Below, one piece after another: positions 63,150 through 64,000 of a stretch of DNA of 64,000 bases. Both the position numbers and the translations under genes were made by a program. Source of the DNA: an uncultured Gammaproteobacteria bacterium (GTDB taxonomy: Bacteria > Pseudomonadota > Gammaproteobacteria > Magnimaribacterales > D2472); the NCBI GenBank assembly GCA_964546275.1, contig CAZJJG010000003.1, forward strand, positions 2,012 to 66,011. The letters are read 5' to 3'. The notes under the pieces were generated by a model. It was not told where the DNA came from, ran no database searches, and saw only the letters and a program-made list of their open reading frames with translations. Each line of letters opens with the position of its first letter. Within the stretch, counting starts at the first letter, position 1.

Positions 63150-64000
63150 ATGGGATTTAAATGTGGAATCATAGGTCTACCTAATGTTGGTAAATCAACT
63201 TTATTTAATGCTTTAACTAAATCTGCAATTCCTGCTGAAAATTTTCCATTTTGTACTATTGAACCAAATGTAGGAATTGTTCCACTTCCAGATAAACGTT
63301 TAGATAAGCTGCAAGAGATAGTTGTATCTAAAAAAATTATACCCACTACATTGGATCTAGTTGATATAGCAGGTCTTGTTAAAGGCGCATCAAAGGGTGA
63401 AGGACTTGGAAATGCATTTCTTTCAAATATACGAGAGATGCAGGCTCTAGCTCATGTAGTTAGGTGTTTTGAAGATGAAAATATAACTCACGTTGATGGA
63501 TCTATTAATCCTATTAGGGATGCTGAAATTATAAATCTGGAACTAATATTTGCAGACCTGGAATCCGTATCAAAACGTTTGATGAAAACAGAAAAACTAT
63601 TAAAAACACCTGATCCAAAAAATAAAAAAGAGCATGATATTTTATTAAGAATTAAATCTGAGCTTGATGCTGGGAATTTTATATCGACTAACTCCTTTGA
63701 TGAGGAACAAAAAGCATACATTAAGTCATTACATCTATTAACAACTAAGCCAATGTTCTATATTGCTAATGTATCTGATGATTCGAAATCTGAAGAACTT
63801 TTAAGTGATTTTAAAAAATTTGCAAAAGACTTAGAGCATGAAGTTGTTCCAACATTTATTAAAATTGAGCAAGAGATTTCTCAATTGGATGAAGATGAAA
63901 AAAATGAATATTTAGAACTAATGGAAATGGATGAGCCTGTTCTAAATAAAATTATATTTAAAGGATATGAAATATTAGGACTTCAAACATATTTCACTGC
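63150..64000 (+). CDS. ychF: Obg-family ATPase YchF (runs off the window)
   Basis: Not in ORF track. ATG at 63150 reads MGFKCGIIGLPNVGKSTLFNALT...NFPFCTIEPN...DIAGLVKGASKGEGLGN. Confidence 0.97.
   Translation, partial: MGFKCGIIGLPNVGKSTLFNALTKSAIPAENFPFCTIEPNVGIVPLPDKRLDKLQEIVVSKKIIPTTLDLVDIAGLVKGASKGEGLGNAFLSNIREMQALAHVVRCFEDENITHVDGSINPIRDAEIINLELIFADLESVSKRLMKTEKLLKTPDPKNKKEHDILLRIKSELDAGNFISTNSFDEEQKAYIKSLHLLTTKPMFYIANVSDDSKSEELLSDFKKFAKDLEHEVVPTFIKIEQEISQLDEDEKNEYLELMEMDEPVLNKIIFKGYEILGLQTYFT

Overview
An AT-rich (roughly 30-33% GC by eye), extremely compact stretch of core chromosome from a streamlined gammaproteobacterium. The gene order resembles Pseudomonadales/Cellvibrionales with many accessory genes deleted, which fits a SAR86-like marine lineage (inference). 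It runs recA(partial)-fdxA-nlpD-DUF368-pcm-surE-ispDF-ftsB-eno-kdsA-pyrG, a diiron ferritin-like gene, alr-dnaB-rplI-rpsR-rpsF, a rearranged dcw cluster, rnpB, rsmI/lpoA, sspA-petCBA-rpsI-rplM, zapE/degS, murA-ibaG-mlaC, kdsD-lptA-lptB-rpoN-mgtE, yhdP-mreDCB, gatCAB, a MaoC hydratase/acyl-CoA ligase pair, prmC-prfA-hemA, and lolB-like-ispE-tRNA-Gln-prs-rplY-pth-ychF(partial). I saw no mobile elements, CRISPR arrays or defence islands. The strongest signals point to a remodelled division and cell-wall module: ftsZ moved between mraZ and rsmH behind MraZ-type operator repeats, an FtsQ whose N-terminus looks like a lipoprotein signal, a tail-less FtsL and a degenerate MurD. Also notable are an orphan diiron oxygenase-like gene coupled to alr, a Rieske petA with only an ATA start (missed by the ORF track), an ispD-ispF fusion, and divergent and convergent gene pairs with almost no intergenic space. 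All calls come from motif recognition and recalled synteny; no searches were run.
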